Below are positions 14,290 to 26,905 of a stretch of DNA of 64,000 nucleotides, piece after piece. This DNA is from Squalus acanthias. Its lineage: Eukaryota. A model generated the notes under the pieces. It saw only the letters and a program-made list of their open reading frames with translations. It was not told the origin of the DNA and searched no databases. Within the stretch, counting starts at the first letter, position 1; the number at the start of each line of letters is the position of its first letter. The DNA lies in NCBI GenBank assembly GCA_030390025.1, contig CM059425.1:168208001-168272000 (forward strand). Reading direction: 5' to 3'. A program made the position numbers and the translations under genes.

Positions 14290-14949
14290 CATTAGTTAGA
14301 CTTTTCCTCTCACCCGTCAGCTCAAAAAATAATTGCGCCACAAATTGATGGAAGTGCGACCTGATAACGAATCGTTATGAGATCAACGGGGATCTGGGAC
14401 CTTGGTGAATGATGGGACTAACAGTCTTTCTCCTTAACCAATGAGATTTAAGGATTAAGAAAGAAACAGGAACAACAGAAAAGGAGGGTGAATTAGAGTC
14501 AAATCAGATACAGAAAGAAATAAAGAGAGGGGAAAAATGATTTGATGAAGAGAGAGAGAAAAGAGACAGAAAGGAAAAGTAACAAAAAATTTAAAATTTA
14601 AAATGAAAATATTTCTAACAATTTACTACCTGTAGGAATGAGACTCCACAGTTTCAATTGTTCCCCTTTCTGGAGCAGAGAGGTTGAGTGCCAGCCCTAA
14701 CTTTCTGCGGCAAGTTTAATGGGTAATTAATGCGCAAATGCAGCAATTTCTTGAAACTCATGGGGAGGTTGAGTGTGAGCTGCCATTTCCGCGAGGCTAA
14801 CGGCAGAGCTGCGCAAATCGTCCAGCAATTTGTGGCAATTCGCAACACCCGGGGTATCTCTTCCTCATCATAAGTTGCTGGATAATTTACACACGAATTA
14901 ATGGGTGCACATTAAACCTCTCTGTTATTTTCCCAGCAAATTCTGGCCC
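14290..14949. mobile_element. Harbinger-type MITE (left end uncertain)
   Basis: Ends in gcaaattctggccc; internal AG-rich tract and CpG-rich subtermini. Confidence 0.45.
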
Positions 14950-15230
14950 AATATCCTGACAGAGGTGAATAACAAGTGAAACAGTTGAGGCTGTTTTATT
15001 TCTCCTGAACCGCCACAGGAAATTAAGCAAGACTTCCTCTATATGAGTCGAACATTAACTAACAATTCACATAGCATATACTTATTACTTATTACAGCAA
15101 AATATAAAGGATTTATACACATACATATTGATATCAGCAAGCTACACCAGTAATATCTGTCGCAAAGTTAAAAATATCAAGATCTCAATGTTTCAGATTA
15201 TTCAATTACACTAAAAATTTAGAACTGCAT

Positions 15231-16573
15231 GGAGGGAATTTTAACCCCCAAAAACAGGTGGGTTTGCGTCGGGATGGAGGTTAAAATGTTTTAAATCTCA
15301 AACCCGACCCCAACCCGCCTCAATCCCGCCAATCTCCAGTTTTAACGGAGGCGGGGTGGGGGCGGGCAACCAAACCAATCCCAGGAGGCTAGTTACTCAT
15401 TTAAATACCTCAGATTTTAACTCTCTTCCAGCTTTAATACTCGGCGGCCGGGTTTCCCGGGCCTCGGGAATCCCGGCAGCAGGCAAGGACAACTGCGTGG
15501 AAGAGGTAAGTGTCTTTCCAGCCCCCCCCCCCACCGATTGGACCAGCCCCCATGATGACCAAACTTCCTACCACGATCAGAACCCCCTGCGATCACCGAC
15601 CACCACCCACCCCCCCCACAACCCGGGAACAGAACACCCCCCCCCCGATCACTGACCCCCCCCACCCACAGCGATCTCCGGTCCCCCCCGCAATCTCCAA
15701 ACCCCCCATGATCGGACCCCACTCACGATCCGACCACACCCGATGATCTCCAACCCACCTGCGATTGGAACCCCCCGCGATCACTGACCCCCTCCCTGAC
15801 CGGACCCCTACCCGACCATCTCCAACCCACCCGCAATCGGAACACCCCCCCCCCCCCGCGATCACCGACCCCCTCCACGAGCTGACCCCTACCCGACGAT
15901 CTCCAACCCACCCGCGATCGGATCCACCCCGCGATCACTGACCAGCCACCCCCCCCGCGATCAGAACTCCCCGCGACCCTCCTCCCGCGATCAGTAAAAC
16001 CCTTCAGTCACCAAACTTCCTCCCTGCGATCGGACCCCCGCCCCCCCCCGATCGGAACCCCCCCGCGACCACCAACGCCCCCCGCGATCGGAACCCCCCC
16101 GCGACCACCAACGCCCCCCGCGATTAGAGCCCCGCGCGATCACAGACCTACCCCCCCTTGATCACCAACTGCCCCCTGCATTCGGAATTCGCAATCACTG
16201 ACCCCCCACCTCGCAATTGGATCCCCCCCACTATCACTGACACCCCCCTACCCCCTACCCCCGCGGTCACCGACCCCTCATTTCTGCCCCCGATCTCTCT
16301 CCGACACCCCGCAATCACCCCCTGATCCTCCAAATCACTCTGTACCCACCCCGCCTTGCAAATTCCTGCTCCTGGGGTGTGGCCTCTTCTGCAGTATTTC
16401 CCACCCGACAGGGAGCCAAGCCTGGCAATCAGAACATGTTAAAAATAAAACACACCCGCCTGGGAGTTAAAACTCCACAGTGTTCGGGGAAACCCCAGAA
16501 CTCTTCTCTTCACCAACCCCCCACCACACCCCCCCTCAACTTGGAAATCCCGCCCCAGTAAATATCGGGGCCC
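15231..16573. mobile_element. Harbinger-type MITE containing a C-rich minisatellite
   Basis: Left end ggagggaattttaac...gtgggtttg resembles the left end of the transposase-bearing element at 58615. Right end aaatatcggggccc. Confidence 0.65.
15520..16340. repeat. C-rich minisatellite, core CCCCCCGCGATC
   Basis: Dozens of ccccccgcgatc(gga/act/acc) units. Confidence 0.9.
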
Positions 16574-18621
16574 ATGTTTCTCTAATTATGTTTTATAATA
16601 TTCATAATCAATTACAGAAAGGAAACATACTGGGATCTTGTTCTGGAAAGAGCTGGACTTGTGATTACGTGTCTAAACCTCATACACAATCGGTTGGGAT
16701 TGTCGGAAACAGATAAAGCCATAATCACATTCAGTCTTAATAATTCCATCAGCTGATACCTGTAAGGAACAATATGGTGACGATCAGAAATTATCACTGT
16801 CCCTACACTGCTTATTATGGATGTAGGGGCTATTTCTTCTGTGGGCTATTTATATCAAAACTGTCAACCTATTTCTCAAGGATGTCTTCATAACTTAGCT
16901 ACAAATACTGCACAGAGGAAATCTCTTGCCTTATGTGCAAAATTGAGACAAATAAACTTTTATGACTCCCTTCTGAGTTAAATTGCTGTCATCAACACAG
17001 AGAATGGATCACATACTAAATCCCACTCCTTTTGAGAACAGAGCAGGTCTTTCCAGGGTACAAATGGAACTCTGTAGTTTCTATTCACAATCCACCGCCC
17101 TCATTTTTATTTATTTTGCTGTTTGAGACATTTCCTAAGATGTAGGCAGCGTCTTTACCAGATTACACATCGCTTGAACTCATGTTGGTTGATGAAGACC
17201 CACACTGCAAATTGTTATGTTTCTTTATAAATAGTTCAATCTGCATGTTTGGAAAGAATGTGGTATTCAGAGAAATGAATATCTCAGCTCAATGATCAGG
17301 CACTTTTACCTTGTCCTCGGAGGAGGAAGATGGGAAAATAAAAATGCAATACAGATGCAATAGAACATGGGCTGGCCCCAGTGATTTACTAAACAAGCCC
17401 TATTATGCATCTGGGGATGGCACTGGGTGGAGGCAAAATCTGAAGAGAAAGTCAAACTGCGCCATTCCCTCACACACCTCAAAGCATCTGTCACGGAACC
17501 ATAGAGACAGCTTGCTTATCCACGGTCCCAGCCAGGGAATAAGGAATGGGATGGATGTGGGTGGGACACTAAAGAGAGAAGGAAACAACTTACCAGATAG
17601 AAGAGCAATGAAGAAACCTACACAATTTTTTCAAACCTCTTGGTACAATATATATGTTAAAATATCCATGTTTCTGTCAAGCAGACCAGTACAACATTCT
17701 AAATTTTAGAGCTGCATCTACAGGACTGATCTGAAGGAGTTCTGTGAGGGGTCACTCCCAAAATGTTAACCTATCGTCCCTTTCAGATGCTGACTGGTCC
17801 GATTTTTATTACTTCACAGTTTCGACATTCACTGGAATTGAATTTCCATGGACCACGATCACAGCATTTATGCCTGGACCGCGCTCATTGCTGCCCTCCC
17901 GTGTTGACCCCACTAGAGTATAGAGAGTCGGGGCAGAGCACCTAATTTAATGGGACTGACGTATGCCCGTACCACTACAGGTGCATCTTGGATCCCCACC
18001 TGCCCGAACTGCTAAAATATCCAGGCATCTCTACCAGGTCTGGGGTAAGTGATTTCGGGCCCCTCTCCTTTGTGATGGGGCCACATTATCAGAAATAAAG
18101 AAAAATGAAATTTGTGACCTCCAAGCCATGATCCCAGCCCAAAGCCCCCTCCTCCACTATAGGGCCCAGTTCAGTCCTTCAGAAGTTGGTATACCTCTTT
18201 TCCCTTAGCATCCCGGCCTCCAACCTACCTCCCCACCGCCCCACCCTCCCAAATCAACGGCCTTGTACAGATTGGCTAAGGCTCCACCTCCACAAGGTCT
18301 GACCAGAAACTAAGCCTCTGGCACATCCAGGTCTCAGCAATGTTTGTGGCCTTTCTGGTAGATTCCTGCTGAAGTTACCATGGGAGTCGCCAAATAGCCC
18401 AAAGTTGTGGTACATTATTTAGTCTAGTTCTTGTGTGTAAAATGTTAATAAGCACTGCAAATGTATTGAAGTAGAATGAACTAAGATCTTTATCACAAGC
18501 AAAATATGAAAGTGAATGGAACAAGTTTATACTGTGCATAATTCCTTGTTGTTGATTCTGGGAACCATGGAGAAGAAATTTAACTCTGTTGCATCCATTT
18601 TTAGGGAGTAAAACCAACATT

Positions 18622-19257
18622 GGGGGAAAAAAGTTTGCGTTGCGATCTCCCGCGCCCGATCTCCTATGGAAATGCACAAGCTGACAAATTGATCGCCGGC
18701 GCCTTCTAGGTGTGCAGGGTACCCGCCTGAAACAGGCGTTAGGCACCTTACGTATGCAAATTGGGTCCTTACGCTGGTTGTAGGATCCCAATTTAAATTG
18801 GTCTGCAAATAGGTGGAGATTGCACCATGTATGTTCTGTCCAGTTGGTCTTGTGCGGCCTTACCAGCGGTCCTTAAAGGGACCACTGGAGGCTGCTCAGA
18901 AAACGGCCAGAAAACATTTTAATCGTTTAATTTCTGTGGAGCTAGGAGGAGCAGGAGTGCGCTTCCTGGCTCCGCCAAAATACAGTGGGCCGTTGCCAGC
19001 CCGGGCTCGTCCACCCATCCGCTTTGCCTCCCCTTGCCCCACCAGGACCTACCTGCAGACCACCAAAATTCCCTAGGACTGACCAATGATCTGCGTGGGG
19101 ATGCCTGATTGCCATCCTCAGTTCGCCTGTTTTAGTCAAATAAGGCCCAATCCCGAATTTGGCTCGAGCCTCTTGCTGACATCTTCGGGCGTGCGTTCAG
19201 ATAGCACCGCCCAGTTCAGACCGTAAACTAGCACAAGTTAAATATCTCTTTCTCCCC
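18622..19257. mobile_element. Harbinger-type MITE
   Basis: Ends gggggaaaaaag / ctttctcccc; CpG-rich interior with ccttaaagggac core. Confidence 0.55.
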
Positions 19258-19930
19258 ACCTGCCCGCTTGAGAGAGCCTAGTCTATTTATCCACTGACAC
19301 ATTTCAACAATCAGGCTCCCATCAGAGGTGTCTGCCAAGTTTAAGCTACGCAGCATTCCTCTAGATGTGGGTGGCCCAGGATTTGTTTAAAATGTGATGA
19401 TGGGGGCTATCTAGCAATGGGGGTCCTTATACCTCCACTGCTGATTGAACTCTGTATACAAGAAATTGCATAGTTTCTGTAAGAGCTTTTTATATACATA
19501 CTTTCTACTGAGGCACTGCATTTTAGTTTGCCTTTCATTAATGACTTCATCTCAATTTTTAAGATAATTGCTCCCCTCTGCATCAGAATGGGAGCTAACC
19601 CATTAACCACCAATGGCAATTTCAACCAAAATGTAATTCTTAAAAAAGTAGCCATCCCTCTAGGATATACAAGGACTGAAACTGCAGTCAAACCAAATGC
19701 ATGATACGTAAATTGGCTAACATAGGGTTTGGAATGATGTGCATAGATGCACATGCTTGCAATTGTGGCTCTGATTACGTACCCATGTGTATGGGGGAGG
19801 GGGGAGGGAATCCAGACTCCTGGAACTCCGTAGAGTCAGGGACACCACAAGTATGCTCTCAGGAGATCTCTTTGGATATGACTTAAGGAGCTGTGGACAG
19901 CCTCAGTGTTTCTGCACCTGTTGATAACCA

Positions 19931-20041
19931 TGAGAAGTCGCACAACACCAGGTTATAGTCCAACAGATTTATTTAATTTTACAAGCTTTCGGTTTTTCTC
20001 ATTTTTGTCCACCCCAGTCCAACGCCGGCATCTCCACATCA
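19931..20041. mobile_element. Tiny Penelope-like repeat insertion with 12-bp TSD
   Basis: tgttgataacca at 19919-19930 and 20042-20053 flanks cacaacaccaggttatagtccaac...aagctttcgg...gtccaccccagtccaac. Confidence 0.6.
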
Positions 20042-20364
20042 TGTTGATAACCAGTAAGGTAGAAAGTGGATTGAGTTCATCCTGAACGACGGACTGAACC
20101 AGGTGAACTGCCGGTGTGAAACTCACAACCTCTCTTTTGGAGGAAGTGTTTCATTTTGTGCCTGAAGCATAAACAGTAACATAATTTGGTTTCAAAATTG
20201 AGAGTCTATCTGAAGAAAACTCAGTCCAGAACATTTCTACTGCTGAACATTATAAAATGAAATTAGTGTAACATATCGAATCACTAAGTGTTTCTAAACT
20301 CACAATAGCTTTGAAAGAAGCCAAAACAAAACTGTGACATTGTTGTGATGAGCGAAAAGTCTAA

Positions 20365-21058
20365 GGGGGAAAAATTCGGTTGCTTTGCACCTCCCGTTAG
20401 CGCCCTAAGAGGGTGCTAATTGGGCGCAAAGCAACTAGTGCCCAGGCGCGGCGCCGCCAACACCTCCCGCGAAATTCAGCGGGAGGTTAGCAGCGGCGGT
20501 AACCGGTAGCGCCCCGTGGCGCTGCGCCGCCAGCGATGACGTCATTGCCATGCGCAGCACCCCACTCGCGCCCCGGCTGCGATCTTCGTGAGCAACCCCT
20601 GACTTACCGCCGGACACTATGTCCGACGGGGTCAGGGGGGCCTACTTGTGGCCGGGGAGACGCTATTTAAAGGCGAGGTGCGGGGCGGCCATTTTTGTTG
20701 CTGACCGCCTGTCAGCACCTGCCTCCGCTCCCGTCCCCGGCCTCCTTACCCGCCCCCCCTGCGGAGTGCCGGCGGTGCTCCAAGAGCCCGTCACTTCTCT
20801 TGAGTGCCGGGCTCTTTGCCGGTACTCCCGATCCCGGGGGCCCAGCTGGGCCCCGAGTCGTGCTGCGCAAGGCCCCTCCCCTTTAAGAAGGGGAGGATGG
20901 CCTGCAATACCACGGCACATAGCGCCGCGATATTCCCTCGCAGCGCCCCAAGAGGGAGGAGGGGCGCTTCTAGTAGCTACTATTCAATTTCCGTCGCGGG
21001 GGCGCTAATTCCCTGCGAAGTTAGCGCCCCAAAGGGGGCGCTACTCAATTTTTAGCCC
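20365..21058. mobile_element. Young Harbinger-type MITE with TAA TSD
   Basis: taa|gggggaaaaatt ... aatttttagccc|taa; very CpG-rich. Confidence 0.85.
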
Positions 21059-22997
21059 TAAATATCTGCAATTAATTTTAAATACAGTTTGAATATATTT
21101 TGAATATTATGAGAAATTTATTCTTTATTCAAATTTTAATTATTTAACATTTCTGAAATTAATCTTGACACGTATATTCAACAATCCTCACTAATTAAGG
21201 CAAGCTGGCAAATGTAGCTGAATACAGTAAGTCTGGTTCATACTGCATGCCTGACATATCTCACATCTTATGCCTTAGATGTTGCTATTTTCAACCACAT
21301 GATTAACTTTAGACTTGAAATTGAGCCAAGCTTCATTGAACTGGCTGCTTCTAGTATCTACTCTTATAACTGAACCCTGGTCTGCCGCTCGACCTACTGT
21401 GGACCCTTACATCAGGTCTGTAATTATCATAGGATCATTTGACAATGACTGCAAACTAAGCTGCACATGTTTCTGGGCTCCCCTGCTGTAATCACCTAAA
21501 CACTTTATTAACAAGCAATTAGTGCTCTTGTTTATTTTATATGCCATTTCAAACAATAAGTAAACCATTTTGAAACCATCTTGTTACTCTGTTCTTTTGA
21601 CAGCAGGAAGCCACCCTTCTCTCAGACGCACGTATGAACATCTAAAATGTAATATCAGAAATGATTCCTTGATCAGGAAGTCTCTACCAGGATGGATAAT
21701 CCTACTCATCTAGCACTCTCAAGACAGTTAATGGAATGGTAATGTTTTGTTGACCTGCACAGGCTGAATCTTTATGCTAGTAACAATCTAATCTGTACAC
21801 ACAGATGATGCATTAAAAAGAGTAGAACATTCTTTCTTTACCAGTGAGATAGACCATAATTCACAAGGAGGAGTATGAAAAAAATTGTATATATTGTAGC
21901 CTCATCTTCCTGGATAATGCTGAAGTTTCTGGAAAGTATGCCTTGATTGTGTCTTTTCAAGGACAGTAATTGAGAGTGACACAATCAAAGAGACACATAA
22001 AAGGAAATGAGATGAAATGTGCATCGTTTAAATTTATAAAGCTGTTCAACTTGGTGGAGTGAATATTTTTATAATTTTCCATTTCTTGGGTGGGGAGAGA
22101 GCCTGTGACATCATAATTCCAATGTGTTCTATTTTACATCACAATCATCTTCCTGTCAGTGACTAACATTCCTTTTAGAAATGCTATTTAAACCATTTAT
22201 GTTATTTCTAAATGGATGGTAGTGAAGAAGGACAGAAAGCAGGCAAGATTCACTAGGTTAAGACAGTGCGTGAGAAGAGTATACTAGGCAGGATTACGGC
22301 TGGGGAAGTTGACAAACCAGATTTGCATATGGGTTGGGATTGTAAGAATGATTGGTATAGTCGTAAAAAGCTATAAAATGTCAGTGAGCTGGGGAGGTGT
22401 CTCTTGCATGTGAGGCTGTTTAAAATAAAATACATTTTAAATTGGAACATGGGATTACAAAAGTCAGGACTCACCAGGGTGAAATCACAAGGGTGATTGA
22501 GAATCCTGAAAAAAGTGTGATGGGAAGTGTCCACGTATCCATAGTGACCGAAAAGACTGGAAACAATCTGAACAACCAGGTCAAGACCCAAAGAGATATT
22601 AAAGTCTTGAAATGCCGGCCTACACGGTAGTTTACTTCTCTCAAGTCTCTCGATCGCCCTAGCATTCATCTTTATGCCACTATATAGTAACCCTTTTGTT
22701 CACTGTTTATAAAAAAAGCTGTTCTATTTTATAGTAATAAGACAATTTAAAGAGCTTTGGAGTATGGCATTTGCATTGAACTGATTCCAGCATTCAGTGT
22801 ATAATGAAGCATTGAACTCATGTGCTTAAATGAACAATTAATAAATTAGCACTTACAGAGGTAAACATTAATCAACTGCTCAAGTTCAAACCTTGGTGAC
22901 AGACTATAAAGTCTAGGGCAAGTGTGAAACATTCTTAAAGTATTAACAGTTGATGCCCTGTGCCATTGTTCACTGACAGAATGTAATATAAATTGTA

Positions 22998-23585
22998 CAA
23001 AAGCAAAATACTGCAGATGCTGGAAATCTGAAATAAAAACAGAAAATGCTGGAAATACTCAGCAGGTCAGGCAGCATCCGTGGAGAGAGAAAAAAAGTTA
23101 ACATTTCAGGTCGATGACCTTTCATCAGAACTGGAAAAATTTAGAGATGTAACAGATTTTAAGCAAGTGCAGGGGCAGGGAAACAGGGGAGGGGAGGAAA
23201 GAACAAAAGGGAAGGTCTGTGATGGGGTGGAAGGCAGGAGAGAGTAAATGGCAAAAGGGATGATGGTGCAAAGAAAAAGGAGAGAGTAAAGTAAAGAAAC
23301 TAAAGATGGGTCTAAATGACAATAGCAGAATCATTACCAACAGCTGCTGTCTGAGAAAATGGGAGCGATGGTTATGATCTGAAACTGTTGAACTCAAGTC
23401 TGGAAGGTCTGTAAAGTGCCTAATAGAAAGATGAGGTGCTGTTCCTCGAGCTTCCTTTGAGCTTCATTACAACAGTGTAGGAGGCCAAGGACAGAGAAGT
23501 CAGAGTTAGAGTGGGGCAGAGAATTGAAATGACAGGCGACCGGAAGCTCAGGGTCACACTTGTGGACTGAATAAAGGTGTTCCGC
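22998..23585 (-). mobile_element. Penelope-like retroelement 3' fragment (GIY-YIG endonuclease C-terminus plus hammerhead-bearing repeat), 13-bp TSD
   Basis: AEHLYSVHK..PELPVACHFNSLPHS...LGLLHC..EAQRKLEEQHLIF.LGTLQ; aatataaattgta at 22985-22997 and 23586-23598. Confidence 0.85.
23096..23132 (-). ncRNA. Minimal type-I hammerhead ribozyme-like motif
   Basis: Minus strand reads AGUU-CUGAUGA-A-AGGUC-AUC-GACCU-GAAA-U-GUU-AACU: conserved core boxes, stem II and a 4-bp stem I. Confidence 0.6.
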
Positions 23586-23919
23586 AATATAAATTGTATC
23601 TCTCTCCTGCTGTAGCTGTTTCTCTTTTTGTTTTGTGATCTTTAATTCTTTATCTTCTGCGATGAGAATTTCCACTGGGTTCTCTCAATCTCCCGCCCTA
23701 ACTTCATTTGAGATTGGCAGAAATCCTGGAGAAACAGCTTAAACAGCTATTTTTAGCCATTTACACAATTTCTTCAAGGGTTCCGCCAATCTTACGGTAG
23801 TAGTTGGGACGAGCCGAGGAAATTCCAAGCACCTTTTGCTTGACTTCATCTCTTTCGGTGTGCCTCTTTTTGTCTGCATTCCTCTCGCACACTTTACTGT
23901 TGACATCTCTGCATGTTTC

Positions 23920-24225
23920 TTTTAAATTAATTCTCGGGATGTGGGCATCACTGGCAAGGTTGGCATTTATTGCCCATTCCTATACAACTGAGTAGCTGCT
24001 AGGCCACTTCAGAGGGCAGTTATGAGTCAACCACATTGGTGTAAGATATAGGCCAGACCGGGTAAGGACAGCAGGTTTCCTTCACTAAAGGACATCAGTG
24101 AAACAGTTAGGCTTTTATGACAATCTGATAGCTTCATGGTATTTTTTTACTGATACTAGCTTTCTTTTTATTTCCAATTTTTTAAAAAACTGAATGCAAA
24201 TTCTAAAACTACTATGGTGGGATAT
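23920..24225 (-). mobile_element. SINE-like head+tail derivative of the 38049 LINE family
   Basis: Reverse complement matches 38115-38360 and then the LINE tail gggcaataaatgc...gcccacatccc. Confidence 0.75.
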
Positions 24226-24865
24226 TAATTTTCTCCTGAAATTTAATATTAGAAACCAAAACTATTCACATAAATAACACAAATAGTCAAAAGGGCTTGC
24301 TCATTGCATGCTACACAACTACACACCCAATTTCAAATATAACAAGCTTCTGTTAAAGTGACATAATGGATAATTTGGCTCGGAGCAATTAATTCAGGCA
24401 GGCATAGGGGAAGTTAATTTTCTGATGTTCATTTTCCCAAACTCTTTCTTTGATAAAGTTGGGTGTAAAGTCACGTCTAAGAATTTCCAGGTGTTGTGTC
24501 TTCTGTAAGAGTATCAGCAACTCTTGGAGAATCCTTTGATACTCATTCAGAATTACAATACAACTGTCTGAAAATTGAACGTCCTTACCCGCTACTGATC
24601 AAATCTGGATAGCACTGTGTGTGTGTCAGAAGACACCGCAGGCAGGACCAGCCAAGATCTACTGACCTTTCCCAGTTCATTGATTCAGCAGAACATCATC
24701 GCTGTGCTTGGATAAAAGCATCATAACACCCTACTGCATCCAACACTTTTTTGTCATGTTCTTTGTGTGTAATCAGTTACTGTCGGTAAAAAGTTGAACT
24801 CTTTATTTACACAGTACTTGGAGAGAGTATAAGGAGCTAATGATAATAATGAAGAAGATGTAAGT

Positions 24866-25110
24866 CAAAAGGAGTGTGATGGAATACTTGGATGGATGCA
24901 GCTGCAACAATACTCAAGAAGCTTGACATCATTAAGAACAGGACTCAATATCAAACCCCTCCACCACAGGTGCACTGTGGCTGCAGTATGTACAATCAAT
25001 AGGATGCACTGCAGCAACTTATCAAGCTTTCTTTAACAATACTTCCAAGCTCCACATTCTCTACCACCAAAAAGGATACGAGCAGCAACATTATGGGAAC
25101 ACCATCAACC
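24866..25110 (+). mobile_element. Old fragment of the 38049-family LINE (ORF C-terminus)
   Basis: Similar to 41515-41800 (gagtgtgatggaatac...ctcaagaagct.gaca...tgcactgcagcaact). Confidence 0.7.
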
Positions 25111-25814
25111 AATGTTCCCTTCAAGCTGCGCGGCTGCCCAGCTGGCTGGAGCTCCCGCGCAGGTCACTTGCCGGCTTTACAATAGGAAAAACCGCGCATG
25201 TGCAGGAATTCAAATGGGCCACTGCCTCCAACCCAAGCCACATTCACCTGCACACTTCAGCATCAGTTCCTTCATGAGGCCTTCCAACTGCTCTACTGTA
25301 TGGAACTGGCATTCATTTGATAGAGTAATCCTGTGAATTTAATGACATACTAAGTGCCTGACAGGGCATGAGAATCATATGGCCTCACCCAAAAAATGAA
25401 AAATAAACAACACTCATTTTGCAGGATAGAAAGTCAAAACCTTCCATAAGATAGCACTGAATTTATGTTTCCTCTATTAGCTTGCAAGGATACCTTACGG
25501 CCAGCACAGTAGTTGTTTTATTGAATTTCTATGGGATCATGAAGTCAGTTTTTCTTTAAAGTCATAGTCAGGTTAACAGTGGGTTTTGAAAGTGAAACAA
25601 GGATCTTACTCTTGAATAGACTCACTCTGGATTTATCCGAGGATATATCAGCTATACCAAGTTTCTGGCCACAATCCCTGCACAAGACAGACCACTGATA
25701 TATAATCTAACGTAAAAGTAGTCATTGTCTCGATACATGCAATAGGTGCTAGAAATACACAAGCCTAAAATCCTACTCTTCAGTGAGTTGGAGAATGACA
25801 AAGCAAGTACTTAC

Positions 25815-26280
25815 CGATATAAAGTGACGAATCCCTCTTTCGTACGTGGTCATCAATGTAGGAGACACCCAGTGGTTGAATAGGAGTTGCACCAGCCCCA
25901 ATGATAACCTGAGCCACAATAACCAACACGTACATCATGTTTGTTGTTTCTGTTTCTGCACATGTCTTGAGATTCTTCTCTATTGCCATTTGCTCTTCCT
26001 CCATGGAAAGATTTGCCATGCAGGTGTCTTTCAGCACTGACATATCCACCTGCTTGTATTGATACTGATGACTTAGAAACTCTGGCAGTGCACAAAATAA
26101 AGACCCAATGGCCATTATGATCCCACCGCAACCTATCAGTCGTGGTCTATGTCCTTTGCCACCAAAGTAGCTCACCAACAAAATTATCATGAGGTTTCCG
26201 ATCTCAAAGCTGCTTGCAATTACTCCTAGTTCGGTGCTATGTAGGTCAAATCGTCTCTCCAGGGTTGTTAGGATACTGAC
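25815..26280 (-). CDS. SLCO3A1: SLCO3A1-like organic anion transporter, coding exon 2 (466 nt); gene continues beyond the window
   Basis: Acceptor tttcacag|GTC and donor ATCG|GTAAGT. Translation VSILTTLERRFDLHSTELGVIASSFEIGNL...GHRPRLIGCGG...ALPEFL...GATPIQPLGVSYIDDHVRKRDSSLYIG matches OATP3A1 motifs. Confidence 0.95.
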
Positions 26281-26386
26281 CTGTGAAACAGATGAAGAAA
26301 GCACTGTCAGTACTAAAACTTGAGAAGAGAGTTAGCGTTAAAAGACAATCACTTGGTTTAATGCTTATTTATATAAACCTAATAAA

Positions 26387-26905
26387 AAAGCAAAATACTG
26401 CGGATGCTGGAAATCTTAAATAAAAACAGAAAATGCTGGAAATACTCAGCAGGTCAGGCAGCATCTGTGGAGAGAGAAACAGAGTTAACATTTCAGGTCG
26501 ATGACCTTTTCTTCTGATGAAAGGTCATCGACCTGAAACATTGGGCTGGATTTTCTCAATGGGGGCGCGTTGGGGGCGGGACTGCTGCTTGTTGGGTTTC
26601 AGTCTCGCCCCCAACGACGTCCGGCCAACCCACGCTATTTTCCCTTGATTGACTTTGTTAAGCCCGCCCTACGCCCTCGAGAAGACTGGTCCCTGCGCGA
26701 GTCGGGGACCCACCTCCTGGGAAAATGGCACGGAGGCGGGTTGGGAGCGGGTTCGGTACCCACTCCCAGTTTCTGCCATTTTCCCGGCAGTCCCACCTCC
26801 ATACCTGCCTCCCCAGAGCTGGCAAAATTCCCCCTATTAACTCGGTTTCTCTCTCCACAGATGCCACCTGACCTGCTGAGTATTTCCAGCATTTTCTGTT
26901 TTTAT
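26387..26905. mobile_element. Inverted (palindromic) pair of Penelope-like terminal repeats, interrupted by a MITE
   Basis: The left arm 26387-26509 is largely the reverse complement of the right arm 26520-26542 plus 26835-26905. Confidence 0.8.
26543..26834. mobile_element. Harbinger-type MITE inserted in the Penelope repeat
   Basis: gggctggatttt ... aaaattccccc splits gaaacatt|attaactc. Confidence 0.75.

Noticed and set aside
15356..16333. Gly- or Pro-rich ORFs on both strands
   Set aside because: Products of the C-rich minisatellite.
24627..24660. Minus-strand ILAGPACGVF resembling SLCO3A1 exon 3 (VFGPACGFIL)
   Set aside because: Bounded by in-frame stops (TAG before, TGA after), with no flanking similarity or suitable donor; likely chance.
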